64,000 bases of DNA from Auanema rhodensis. Taxonomy: Eukaryota > Animalia > Nematoda. Shown in pieces: positions 34,201-45,452 of the stretch. Location: positions 14,756,001 through 14,820,000 of the forward strand of contig OZ059898.1 in the NCBI GenBank assembly GCA_964057225.1. The letters are read 5' to 3'. The position numbers and the translations under genes were made by a program. How positions within the stretch are numbered: the first letter of the stretch is position 1; each line of letters starts with the position of its first letter. The notes beneath the pieces were generated by a model. It saw only the letters and a list, made by a program, of their open reading frames with translations. It was not told the DNA's origin and did not search any database.

Positions 34201-35312
34201 GGCCATATAAATACCCTAATTTCCCACAATATCCAAAAGAAAGAGTTCTCAAATATAAACCATTTGAAAACATTGGAATCGATTATGCCGGTCCATTATT
34301 AGTAAAAACAGGCCATAATTCTGATAAAAAGGTATGGATTATGTTAATTACTTGCCTTTGTACACGAGCAGTATACTTGGATTTAGCCAATGATAGCTCC
34401 AGCAAAGAATTAACACTAAATTTACGAAAATTTTTCGCTCGAAAAAGAGTACCTTTGAAAATCATATCAGATAATGGTAGTCAGTTCATAAAAACTGATA
34501 AAATTTTGGAGAGCTTTCTCAAAAATAAACACATAAATTGGGAAAAAATAACTCCTTATTCACCGTGGAAAGGAGGATTCTATGAAAGAATGATAGGCGT
34601 AATAAAGAAGTATCTAATAAAATGTCTAGGGACAAAACAGATCGAGTTTAATGAATTGAGCACAATTCTAACCGAGATTGAAAATATAGTTAATTTGAGA
34701 CCTATTTCATACATAAATGATGATTTTGACAAAATAGTAACACCTAAAAGTCTTGAATACTATCATCCAGAGAACGTCATATGCGAATTCTCAAACATAT
34801 CTAATAAAACTAATTTGTCAAAGATTAATGAGATCAAAGATTATATGAAAAACTGTAATAATAGCATTACCGAATTTTGGATAAATTGGTCAAATACATA
34901 TCTGGAGGAACTGAGAGTTCTGTCAAATCAAAAAACAATCAGCAGAAATTTTAATAAATTAAAACCTAAACTTGGCGAAATTGTCCTATGCAAAGAAAAT
35001 AATGTGAAGAGACACAAATGGCCTCTTGCAATCATCGAAGAAATCATTTATTCAAAAGACGGAGAAATAAGAACCGTAAAAATAAGAAATTCAGAAGGAA
35101 ATCATTTTCTGAGATCGATAAATCAGTTAATTCCTCTAGAAATATCAGAGTGTGATGCTGATTTAGATGAAATCAAGAAAAATAAGAAAACAACTAGTTT
35201 CGAAAACTATAACAGCATCAATAACAATGATCATTATAAAAATGAAAAAACTAATATATGGGACAATCGACTCAGGAACAATGAGAAGATAGACTATAGA
35301 AAATTTTTCTAA
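31194..35312 (+). CDS. pol: BEL Pol (PR-RT-RH-IN) in the -1 frame, overlapping the end of gag
   Basis: Frame open from 31194; protease-like LLFDTCSHQSFI at about 31380-31415, upstream of the tracked ORF start; slippery heptamer A AAT TTT at 31233-31239. Confidence 0.9.
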   Translation, partial: TPFKWWKSRTFRSKFSIERKCDEEEITHINLLSDGVENRKDKNNKFNTFFISFFKTNYKNLILLFDTCSHQSFIKEKTAEKLKLKILKEKNLSITSITNNLKIMKSKEVLWEIPEVLKEIKLLCIDQITNNINMPELREDDIEKIEKYSLQNHELIAEEGYVEPDILIGMDNFWDFVSKTFKSIKIREDLIIIPTILHPIIAQQQFLMESHQEIVENPELQCFLTGTTLKEENKKSSKEEIRSFEDKMAWKHFYDNVQNQNGRIKVKFPIRPNIQSIDDNYGKSIGCLNGILKSMSHKKEILKKYDDTIKEQLRTGILEISPEQNHPFFTYYIPHHYVLKLTSSTTKLRIVLNASSKMKNEKSLNDILYQGEGIIPNLAGMLIRLRLCKNFIIGDIEKAFHQVELDESHRDLTRILWVKDISKGTQRSNISNLRFTRIPFGVNSSPFLLAASIIYFLQQEKSSLCENILSNIYVDNIMVKVENENQVFEFYKEIKNLFSKIGMNVREFYTNVENQREKFPEKDSIKETKFKILGMHYDGEEDLLEVKIPKWEESKITKRGILSFINSIFDPLGITQPLILKAKLFLKEIWETKIDWDVEIPDDQKIIWKNLYKKLENTKVSIKRSIVEINTNETENFEYLLFTDASKDVIACVAYIAKINDNKIEKIDFLCSKSSTMVEGTIPMKELSAVLFGMKMLQDNLREIDEKIKKIRIFTDSQVVLCWLHKNPIKRTYIRNRINKINEIVEKVEKENEKIEFYYINTKFNPADLPTRGTEIQDESYQNWIKGPQWYMKEKERNKKVKSLKEIIDKYCDEPEQKIVNLLTKSDIRQAEIEDLDYFASKFSSYPKFTNIIRQVITFITRIRKKPKVIEETMFENFENKDRMTKNKIIQQFLIKCHQNQNIDQLKKEKYNQLDIIEDETGILRVRGRMGNSEQVNKQYPILLFGKKIFTNLILNYIHEISLHTPRETMMAIVRKEFFIIKLKTCINTVISKCVKCKKLNNRPYKYPNFPQYPKERVLKYKPFENIGIDYAGPLLVKTGHNSDKKVWIMLITCLCTRAVYLDLANDSSSKELTLNLRKFFARKRVPLKIISDNGSQFIKTDKILESFLKNKHINWEKITPYSPWKGGFYERMIGVIKKYLIKCLGTKQIEFNELSTILTEIENIVNLRPISYINDDFDKIVTPKSLEYYHPENVICEFSNISNKTNLSKINEIKDYMKNCNNSITEFWINWSNTYLEELRVLSNQKTISRNFNKLKPKLGEIVLCKENNVKRHKWPLAIIEEIIYSKDGEIRTVKIRNSEGNHFLRSINQLIPLEISECDADLDEIKKNKKTTSFENYNSINNNDHYKNEKTNIWDNRLRNNEKIDYRKFF

Positions 35313-35574
35313 TATTCTAGTAATTTTTTATGTAGCTTTAGTTATGAATAGTAGCAGTAATAGTAATATATATTATGTTAAAATAATAAAAGAAAAACAA
35401 TTATTAACTTATTCGTATGAAAATAGAAAAGAAAATAAATAAAAATAAAACATTTTTTTCCGATATTTTGGTTGCGGTGGAATATTCACGGTACGTCATC
35501 ACGTCACGTGAAACTCACGTAACAGAAAAGGTATATAAGCAGAAAAAATGACCCTCAAGATCATTCATACCAAA

Positions 35575-36077
35575 ATGAGTCAAGAAGAAGTCGTCAACAA
35601 ATACGAAAAAATCCTGTTAGAAGAAAATATGGAAGTCGTTACCGAACCTGAAAAGGCAACTGAGAAGAAAGAAGAGACTTATGCTGCTATAACTGAAAGG
35701 CTTGCCTTTCTGGAAAAACACGTAATACATATGTGTAAACTCATCACGAAAATGACTGAGGAAGAAAAAAAATCGGATAAAAAAGTAAATTTTTTAATAT
35801 AAAACTTAATATCTGGATGATAATTAAGACCCAATCTAGAGAAGAGCCAGTACAAGAAATCAAGATGAGATGCAAGTTCTGTTATGGCTCCCACAATTCC
35901 GAAAAATGTGGAAACTTCTCCACAAAACTTTCTAAACTGACCAAAGCTGTCTCCTTAAAGTTATGCCTTTTATGTTTAAACAAACATAAAGGAAAATGCA
36001 CTAAATCAAAGATTTGTAAATTTTGCGATATTCAAAGATATAATTTTATAATATGTCCATGCATTAAACAAAAATAA
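35575..36077 (+). CDS. BEL 3' accessory gene: coiled-coil part plus triple zinc-knuckle part, joined by a 44-nt intron (35785-35828) or a -1 frameshift
   Basis: TATATAA 35532, Inr-like TCATT 35561, caaaATG 35575; CKFC..H..C, CLLC..H..C, CKFC...C; AATAAA at the stop. Confidence 0.6.
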
Positions 36078-36130
36078 ATAATTTAATGTATCACGAATTG
36101 TTTACAAATCTACAGCTAGAAACAATATTC

Positions 36131-36139
36131 GGGGCGGAA
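36131..36139 (+). promoter_or_regulatory. Polypurine tract of BEL element
   Basis: GGGGCGGAA directly before the 3' LTR. Confidence 0.85.
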
Positions 36140-36444
36140 TGTTTCGTATATAGATACGAAAGATAAGTAAATAGTCATTAAATTAGAAAGAAATTAAGAA
36201 AATAGATTTCAAATATAAAATGAGTAAGTTTATTTTTAATATCATTTCTGTAGTGAACGGTCGTACACGGTTCCGTCAAATTTACGTGGAATTGACGTAC
36301 GCCGATTGTTTTACTTTCAATTCAGTTAATATAATTGACCTACAGCGCGTAGACGCATATAAAGACTTCTTAATATTAATTGAATATTATTTAATATACA
36401 TTCCAAATAAATCATTTTGTAATAAATTGTTTATATTCAATACA
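36140..36444 (+). repeat. 3' LTR of BEL element (305 bp)
   Basis: Direct repeat of 29060-29364. Confidence 0.97.
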
Positions 36445-37926
36445 GTAACAACGATGAATCGGCCCCGTATTAACTTCTAACAAAAAGATTAAATGCAGAA
36501 AAGAGATTTAGAAGAGAGCTGAATTCAAAATATGGAAATTCAGAAGAGAAGATGCCAAAAGATGGCTTCCCATGCCGGGAATCGAACCCGGGCCGCGTGG
36601 GTGAAAACCACGAATCCTAACCACTAGACCACATGGGACACGTTAACTGTTCTTATGATACTACTTCTTCTATCATTTATCTCGAGGAAGTGAGTAAGCA
36701 ACAAGGGAAGTAACAACGATGAATTGGTCCCGTATTAACTTCTGACAAAAAGATTAAATGCAGAAAAGAGATTTAGAAGAGAGCTGAATTCAAAATATGG
36801 AAATTCAGAAGAGAAGATGCCAAAAGACGGCTTCCCATGCCGGGAATCGAACCCGGGCCGCGTGGGTGAAAACCACGAATCCTAACCACTAGACCACATG
36901 GGACACGTTAACTGCTCTTATTATACTACTTCTTCTATCATTTACCTCGAGGAAGTGAGTAAGCAACAAGGGAAGTAACAACGATGAATCGGCCCCGTAT
37001 TAACTTCTAACAAAAAGATTAAACGCAGAAAAGAGATTTAGAAGAGAGCTGAATTCAAAATATGGAAATTCAGAAGAGAAGATGCCAAAAGATGGCTTCC
37101 CATGCCGGGAATCGAACCCGGGCCGCGTGGGTGAAAACCACGAATCCTAACCACTAGACCACATGGGACACGTTAACTGTTCTTATGATACTACTTCTTC
37201 TATCATTTACCTCGAGGAAGTGAGTAAGCAACAAGGGAAGTAACAACGATGAATCGGCCCTGTATTAACTTCTAACAAAAAGATTAAATGCAGAAAAGAG
37301 ATTTAGAAGAGAGCTGAATTCAAAATATGAAAATTCAAAAGAGAAGATGCCAAAAGATGGCTTCCCATGCCGGGAATCGAACCCGGGCCGCGTGGGTGAA
37401 AACCACGAATCCTAACCACTAGACCACATGGGACACGTTAACTGTTCTTATGATACTACTTCTTCTATCATTTACCTCGAGGAAGTGAGTAAGCAACAAG
37501 GGAAGTAACAACGATGAATCGGCCCCGTATTAACTTCTAACAAAACGGTTAAAAGCAGAAAAGAGATTTAGAAGAGAGCTGAATTCAAAATATGAAAATT
37601 CAAAAGAGAAGATGCCAAAAGATGGCTTCCCATGCCGGGAATCGAACCCGGGCCGCGTGGGTGAAAACCACGAATCCTAACCACTAGACCACATGGGACA
37701 CGTTAACTGTTCTTATGATACTACTTCTTCTATCATTTATCTCGAGGAAGTGAGTAAGCAACAAGGGAAGTAACAACGATGAATCGGCCCCGTATTATCT
37801 TCTAACAAAACGATTAAATGCAGAAAAGAGATTTAGAAGAGAGCTGAATTCAAAATATGGAAATTCAGAAGAGAAGATGCCAAAAGATGGCTTCCCATGC
37901 CGGGAATCGAACCCGGGCCGCGTGGG
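36445..37926 (-). repeat. tRNA-Glu array segment A3: 5 intact genes (starting 36567) plus the 3' half of a split gene
   Basis: 265-bp periodicity. Confidence 0.96.
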
Positions 37927-38263
37927 CGTTCCGTTATGCTCTCACATCGATCCTATAGACCAATAAAGCCTACAAGATGAGTGTGATAGTATTCCAGATG
38001 TAGCGGTAGATAAAGAGCATAATGGATAAACATAAGACTCGAGAAAGAAAGGTTTATTATGTCTACATGATTACAATAAGTTATATAAGTCTACATAAAG
38101 ATATAAAGTGAAAGAGAGCTAAGAAAGGAAGACCAACCATCCATAGTCATTCCATAAGGCAAAGCTGAAGTCTGTGTTCCATATGAAGGGCGTGTCGTCC
38201 TCTCTCAGCCTCATGTCGTCTGATTCTAATCCGCCTGCTACGTATTGATTTCCGAATGGAACG
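37927..38263 (-). repeat. 3' LTR of element 3
   Basis: CGTTCC...GGAACG, direct repeat of 40836-41172. Confidence 0.95.
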
Positions 38264-38959
38264 TGCCATTTTTTTCGAGTCTATGTCGCGTCCTCGCGAA
38301 TAGCAAAATATGTGGCTTGTTTCAATCGTAGCAGAAGGTTTAGTTTTAAAAAATAAAAATTATAATGTTAACATAAAAATAGTAAAGATAAATTACAATA
38401 TAGTGTTAAACAATATTATCTGAAAATAATTTAATAAAAATTATTTGAAAATACATGAATATTAAGGAATAAAACAATCTTTTAGAATACCAGGGCTATA
38501 TTTTGTCAGCGAGAGTGCGCAAAATAGCTTTTTAGGCACGACGCTGCATGTCTAACTTGTTTGAGTATAGAGAAACAAGAGTCATGCTATATTATCGATG
38601 GAGCTAGCATGTTTCTTCAGCGTATTCAAAGCGAATTGTAATAATAAAAAAAATTGAATTAAATCCCATATAATTTCCGGAATTGAATCATTAACTACTT
38701 GATAAGGACTGTTGCTCAGATGAATATGCAATATAATGTCTCTTATCTTTCATTTCTTCTTTATTTACGGGAAATTATTTGAAATTGATGAAGTTTTATA
38801 ATCATATATGCTTTGAAACTGAAATGCTTTTTGATTATTAGCTTACATCTCGTCTTACTCAAGTTTTTCAATGATATAATAATATTAATAGCTCTGGTTT
38901 TTTAAAGAGAGTTGATACAAAATTTTACAATAATTCTATCAATCTCGAAATTATTTCTT

Positions 38960-39424
38960 TCATCGTCTTCTTCTTGGTGGTAGCCAATTTTGGTCCGATG
39001 GGTCTTCTGGTTCTGTTTCTTCAGTAGAGTCATAGTTATCGTTACTATTTATGACTTTTATGATCTCAATATCGCTGTCGTCGTCCGTGTCATAAGTCGT
39101 TGTATTTGATCGCGTGTTTTGAGCGATTGTATGGTCCATTTTGCGTTTTTTTTTAGCAGTAACTGGTGTTTGTTCTTCCACTATGATGGATGTTTCTTCT
39201 CCTCCTGGTGGTACGTAATCCTCGTCGCTTAATCGTTCAGTAGGTGAATAAGTGCCTGCACGAGGAGTAAAGAATTTGTCGGTTTTGTGCTCGGCTTTCT
39301 GTTCGTCTTCGATTATAGCGATGCTCTGCGCGCGAGCTCGGCTTCTGGTGAGTGGAGCTGAGTCTCGCAGATCAAAATCAGTTCGTGTACTGAGAGGTAC
39401 AGCTGATCGGAATCGCTTATCCAC
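38960..39424 (-). CDS. Mini-polyprotein: in-frame fusion of polyprotein N-terminus and integrase C-terminal tail (154 aa from GTG; frame conserved up to about 39478)
   Basis: RFRSAVP..TRSR..FTPRAGTYSP matches RYSSAVP..TRSR..FIPREGTYSP; DSDIEIIKVIN..TEPED..WLP matches the 9867-10403 tail. Confidence 0.8.
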   Translation of the reverse strand: MDKRFRSAVPLSTRTDFDLRDSAPLTRSRARAQSIAIIEDEQKAEHKTDKFFTPRAGTYSPTERLSDEDYVPPGGEETSIIVEEQTPVTAKKKRKMDHTIAQNTRSNTTTYDTDDDSDIEIIKVINSNDNYDSTEETEPEDPSDQNWLPPRRRR

Positions 39425-40822
39425 TTTGGTAGCGCTCTTGGTTTGGAAAAACCTTGAGTGTTTAGTAACGTGGGGGATTTTGAGACGTTAATGAGTGTTA
39501 TGGATAAGGAGTTTTGGAAAAGGGGTGAGAAAGCTGTGAGTAACTGGTTTGTATAGTCGGCGTTAAGGAATGAATCTAAGTTGTGGCCATCAACAGAGAT
39601 CCGCCTACTACCGTATGAAAATTTGGACTTTGTTCGCTTTCCAATTTAATATTCTTAAATGTATATAATTCAACCAGTTTGTATATGTTCAAAAATGTTC
39701 AGTGCTCACTTGATTGATGCCTGAGCAATCTCATTAGTCCTTATTCCCACTTTTTTTTCTTTTTTTCTGACGATTCTGATCTTCTTGGACTCACGAGTGA
39801 TCGAAAATGCCACGAAAATGGACTTTGGTAAATGTTCAAAGGATTTTAGCGGTTTTCATAATGTACATTCGTAATAGCATTACTCTTTAAGGAAGCAATT
39901 TGGAAAACGAATGAGTACCGTAGTCCCATCATGATCAGAAATCTAGTTTTAAAATTATGGCTAGGAATAGATGACTAAAGATTACAATAACTATATTTAA
40001 AGAATTATGGTGTTTAGGAATGAGTCTTATGCTTCAAAACAACAATAACGGTATGAGGAAGGTGACATATAGTAAGGGGAGAAAATCCAAACTGATATGC
40101 TTAAGCCAACACGACCTGATAGACAATCACTAATAATAATTCAGTTCGTAAAATTGTACAGGATTTTTCGGACTATAGCGATCTTAAAATTCACTTTTCA
40201 TAATATTCCTCCCATTTAGGTGAGGTTTCCCGTGTAAATTCAATGCGTTATCAAAATATTTTTAGATGTTAATGGCAAAAAGTTGTCTGAACAGAAATGT
40301 AACGCAAAATAAAATAGTCCTGATCGCAAAATATGAAATAATCTCAATTTGGTGCGCAAAATTGTTTCATCCACAAAAATAAAGAAATAACCGTGGCTAT
40401 TCTTTCCTCGAAGCCAAAATCAATCCTTAAAAGGAGAAAGTGTAGGCATAAATCTCAAAAAAAAATTATCCTTGGGTGAATTTGTTCACTAATTCATCCT
40501 AGGGTCCTCAAAAATGCTTCGAGTTCGGGTAACAGAGTATTCGATGTTAACAGCAAGGGTATAAAAATTGTTGGGTTCAGACAGACAGAAAATTGTGAAC
40601 AAACGGGAAAATATAACTTCAGTTTCAAAAAATATAAAATATCCATCTCCAAAAGGAGTGGTCCTTGCATCTGTTCCCTTTTAAACGTTGTTGGCCCCAC
40701 CGTATTGTGTTAAGACATGGAGTAGATGGTTTAGAGATATAAGAGAATTCAGATTCAATGAATTGTATTAAAAATAACGAAATATAAGAGAAAATAGTCA
40801 AGAATCAAGATAAAATGTTCGA

Positions 40823-40835
40823 GGTGGAACCTCCA
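40823..40835 (-). promoter_or_regulatory. tRNA-Gln PBS of element 3
   Basis: TGGAGGTTCCACC flush with the LTR. Confidence 0.85.
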
Positions 40836-41172
40836 CGTTCCGTTATGCTCTCACGTCGATCCTATAGACCAATAAAGCCTACAAGATGAGTGTGATAGTA
40901 TTCCAGATGTAGCGGTAGATAAAGAGCATAATGGATAAACATAAGACTCGAGAAAGAAAGGTTTCTTATGTCTACATGATTACAATAAGTTATATAAGTC
41001 TACATAAAGATATAAAGTGAAAGAGAGCTAAGAAAGGAAGACCAACCATCCATAGTCATTCCATAAGGCAAAGCTGAAGTCTGTGTTCCATATGAAGGGC
41101 GTGTCGTCCTCTCTCAGCCTCATGTCGTCTGATTCTAATCCGCCTGCTACGTATTGATTTCCGAATGGAACG
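40836..41172 (-). repeat. 5' LTR of element 3
   Basis: 337 bp, adjacent to the PBS. Confidence 0.95.
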
Positions 41173-44100
41173 TGGGTGAAAACCACGAATCCTAACCACT
41201 AGACCACATGGGACACGTTAACTGTTCTTATGATACTACTTCTTCTATCATTTACCTCGAGGAAGTGAGTAAGCAACAAGGGAAGTAACAACGATGAATC
41301 GGCCCCGTATTAACTTCTAACAAAACGATTAAATGCAGAAAAGAAATTTAGAAGAGAGCTGAATTCAAAATATGGAAATTCAGAAGAGAAGATGCCAAAA
41401 GATGGCTTCCCATGCCGGGAATCGAACCCGGGCCGCGTGGGTGAAAACCACGAATCCTAACCACTAGACCACATGGGACACGTTAACTGTTCTTATGATA
41501 CTACTTCTTCTATCATTTACCTCGAGGAAGTGAGTAAGCAACAAGGGAAGTAACAATGATGAATTGGTCCCGTATTAACTTCTAACAAAAAGATTAAATG
41601 CAGAAAAGAGATTTAGAAGAGAGCTGAATTCAAAATATGGAAATTCAGAAGAGAAGATGCCAAAAGATGGCTTCCCATGCCGGGAATCGAACCCGGGCCG
41701 CGTGGGTGAAAACCACGAATCCTAACCACTAGACCACATGGGACACGTTAACTGTTCTTATGATACTACTTCTTCTATCATTTACCTCGAGGAAGTGAGT
41801 AAGCAACAAGTGAAGTAACAACGATGAATCGGCCCCGTATTAACTTCTAACAAAAAGATTAAATGCAGAAAAGAGATTTAGAAGAGAGCTGAATTCAAAA
41901 TATGAAAATTCAAAAGAGAAGATGCCAAAAGATGGCTTCCCATGCCGGGAATCGAACCCGGGCCGCGTGGGTGAAAACCACGAATCCTAACCACTAGACC
42001 ACATGGGACACGTTAACTGTTCTTATGATACTACTTCTTCTATCATTTACCTCGAGGAAGTGAGTAAGCAACAAGGGAAGTAACAACGATGAATCGGCCC
42101 CGTATTAACTTCTAACAAAACGATTAAATGCAGAAAAGAGATTTAGAAGAGAGCTGAATTCAAAATATGGAAATTCGGAAGAGAAGATGCCAAAAGATGG
42201 CTTCCCATGCCGGGAATCGAACCCGGGCCGCGTGGGTGAAAACCACGAATCCTAACCACTAGACCACATGGGACACGTTAACTGTTCTTATGATACTACT
42301 TCTTCTATCATTTACCTCGAGGAAGTGAGTAAGCAACAAGGGAAGTAACAACGATGAATCGGCCCCGTATTAACTTCTAACAAAACGATTAAATGCAGAA
42401 AAGAGATTTAGAAGAGAGCTGAATTCAAAATATGGAAATTCAGAAGAGAAGATGCCAAAAGATGGCTTCCCATGCCGGGAATCGAACCCGGGCCGCGTGG
42501 GTGAAAACCACGAATCCTAACCACTAGACCACATGGGACACGTTAACTGTTCTTATGATACTACTTCTTCTATCATTTACCTCGAGGAAGTGAGTAAGCA
42601 ACAAGGGAAGTAACAACGATGAATCGGCCCCGTATTAACTTCTAACAAAACGATTAAAAGCAGAAAAGAGATTTAGAAGAGAGCTGATTTCAAAATATGG
42701 AAATTCAGAAGAGAAGATGCCAAAAGATGGCTTCCCATGCCGGGAATCGAACCCGGGCCGCGTGGGTGAAAACCACGAATCCTAACCACTAGACCACATG
42801 GGACACGTTAACTGTTCTTATGATACTACTTCTTCTATCATTTACCTCGAGGAAGTGAGTAAGCAACAAGGGAAGTAACAACGATGAATCGGCCCCGTAT
42901 TAACTTCTAACAAAACGATTAAATGCAGAAAAGAGATTTAGAAGAGAGCTGAATTCAAAATATGGAAATTCAGAAGAGAAGATGCCAAAAGATGGCTTCC
43001 CATGCCGGGAATCGAACCCGGGCCGCGTGGGTGAAAACCACGAATCCTAACCACTAGACCACATGGGACACGTTAACTGTTCTTATGATACTACTTCTTC
43101 TATCATTTACCTCGAGGAAGTGAGTAAGCAACAAGGGAAGTAACAACGATGAATCGGCCCCGTATTAACTTCTAACAAAACGATTAAATGCAGAAAAGAG
43201 ATTTAGAAGAGAGCTGAATTCAAAATATGGAAATTCAGAAGAGAAGATGCCAAAAGATGGCTTCCCATGCCGGGAATCGAACCCGGGCCGCGTGGGTGAA
43301 AACCACGAATCCTAACCACTAGACCACATGGGACACGTTAACTGTTCTTATGATACTACTTCTTCTATCATTTACCTCGAGGAAGTGAGTAAGCAACAAG
43401 GGAAGTAACAATGATGAATTGGTCCCGTATTAACTTCTAACAAAAAGATTAAATGCAGAAAAGAGATTTAGAAGAGAGCTGAATTCAAAATATGGAAATT
43501 CAGAAGAGAAGATGCCAAAAGATGGCTTCCCATGCCGGGAATCGAACCCAGGCCGCGTGGGTGAAAACCACGAATCCTAACCACTAGACCACATGGGACA
43601 CGTTAACTGTTCTTATGATACTACTTCTTCTATCATTTACCTCGAGGAAGTGAGTAAGCAACAAGGGAAGTAACAACGATGAATCGGCCCCGTATTAACT
43701 TCTAACAAAACGATTAAAAGCAGAAAAGAGATTTAGAAGAGAGCTGATTTCAAAATATGGAAATTCAGAAGAGAAGATGCCAAAAGATGGCTTCCCATGC
43801 CGGGAATCGAACCCGGGCCGCGTGGGTGAAAACCACGAATCCTAACCACTAGACCACATGGGACACGTTAACTGTTCTTATGATACTACTTCTTCTATCA
43901 TTTACCTCGAGGAAGTGAGTAAGCAACAAGGGAAGTAACAACGATGAATCGGCCCCGTATTAACTTCTAACAAAACGATTAAATGCAGAAAAGAGATTTA
44001 GAAGAGAGCTGAATTCAAAATATGGAAATTCAGAAGAGAAGATGCCAAAAGATGGCTTCCCATGCCGGGAATCGAACCCGGGCCGCGTGGGTGAAAACCA

Positions 44101-44837
44101 CGAATCCTAACCACTAGACCACATGGGACACGTTAACTGTTCTTATGATACTACTTCTTCTATCATTTACCTCGAGGAAGTGAGTAAGCAACAAGGGAAG
44201 TAACAACGATGAATCGGCCCCGTATTAACTTCTAACAAAACGATTAAAAGCAGAAAAGAGATTTAGAAGAGAGCTGAATTCAAAATATGAAAATTCAGAA
44301 GAGAAGATGCCAAAAGATGGCTTCCCATGCCGGGAATCGAACCCGGGCCGCGTGGGTGAAAACCACGAATCCTAACCACTAGACCACATGGGACACGTTA
44401 ACTGTTCTTATGATACTACTTCTTCTATCATTTACCTCGAGGAAGTGAGTAAGCAACAAGGGAAGTAACAACGATGAATCGGCCCCGTATTAACTTCTAA
44501 CAAAACGATTAAAAGCAGAAAACAGATTTAGAAGAGAGTTGATTTCAAAATATGGAAATTCAGAAGAGAAGATGCCAAAAGATGGCTTCCCATGCCGGGA
44601 ATCGAACCCGGGCCGCGTGGGTGAAAACCACGAATCCTAACCACTAGACCACATGGGACACGTTAACTGTTCTTATGATACTACTTCTTCTATCATTTAC
44701 CTCGAGGAAGTGAGTAAGCAACAAGGGAAGTAACAACGATGAATCGGCCCCGTATTAACTTCTAACAAAACGATTAAATGCAGAAAAGAGATTTAGAAGA
44801 GAGCTGAATTCAAAATATGGAAATTGAGAAGAGAAGA
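41173..44837 (-). repeat. tRNA-Glu array segment A4, 13 intact genes (left coordinates 41407 to 44587)
   Basis: 265-bp periodicity. Confidence 0.96.
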
Positions 44838-45250
44838 CGTTCCATGTTGGTTCCCCAGGGTTCCGGCTGGGTAACCACATGGAATTACTTTCTTTTCTTC
44901 CAAATATAAATGATAAAGAGCATAGAGAGAAAGGTTTATTTATGATAAAGTATACAAATTACAATAATAAAAGTTACATAATGATTCCTAGTCGCAGCCC
45001 AAAGGACTCGTAAGGAAACCTTATATAGTATTCCTTACGAGCATAAAAAGTGGTTATATCAGGTCCGCGGAACTTGGTTCCGCTTGAATTGGGCTTTCTT
45101 TAATTAAACTTAATATGAAAAAATGTTCGTTCATTGTTGCATTGAATTCCTGTTTCTCAAATGTAGCGTCAGCTATTTGTTTTTATAATGTTCCGTTTTA
45201 TAAGCGATTGACGTTGTCAATCGCTCTACTTATAGGACACGTATGGAACA
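44838..45250 (-). repeat. 3' LTR of element 4
   Basis: Direct repeat of 48610-49022. Confidence 0.95.
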
Positions 45251-45452
45251 TGCCTAATATCGAAAAAGTAGCTGACCTCAGCTACATCGAGAAAGTGAAA
45301 TTCCATGCAAATGTGAAAGTTGTATGAAATGTTTCAAAAAATAAAAGAATACTTATAATACAGAACAATTTTATGAGAAAAAATAAAGGAAAACAATGTA
45401 ATTACAAAATAATATATCATATATCATACTGGGAATCTTTCAAAAGTTCTTT

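Larger units (their letters stand above)
29060..36444 (+). mobile_element. Element 2: BEL/Pao (Belpaoviridae) LTR retrotransposon, full length and recent
   Basis: TG...CA LTRs, TSD GTAAC (29055-29059 and 36445-36449), triple zinc-knuckle Gag, RT YVDN, RNase H FTDAS and NPADLPTRG, integrase DYAGP/SDNG/GFYER. Confidence 0.97.
37927..41172 (-). mobile_element. Element 3: 3.2-kb non-autonomous, internally deleted LTR element related to element 1
   Basis: 337-bp LTRs (2 mismatches seen), TSD TGGG, same PBS, leader islands homologous to element 1, ORF homologous to both ends of the polyprotein, no PR/RT/IN motifs. Confidence 0.93.
37892..41213 (-). pseudogene. tRNA-Glu gene split by element 3 (3' part 37892-37926, 5' part 41173-41213)
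   Basis: Insertion in the 3' side of the anticodon arm with TGGG duplicated. Confidence 0.93.

Noticed and set aside
45115-45327. 70-74-aa ORFs in the element 4 LTRs (also 48887-49111), and small ORFs crossing PBS regions (20307-20543, 48484-48675)
   Set aside because: They cross LTR boundaries into unrelated flanks, so they are chance frames
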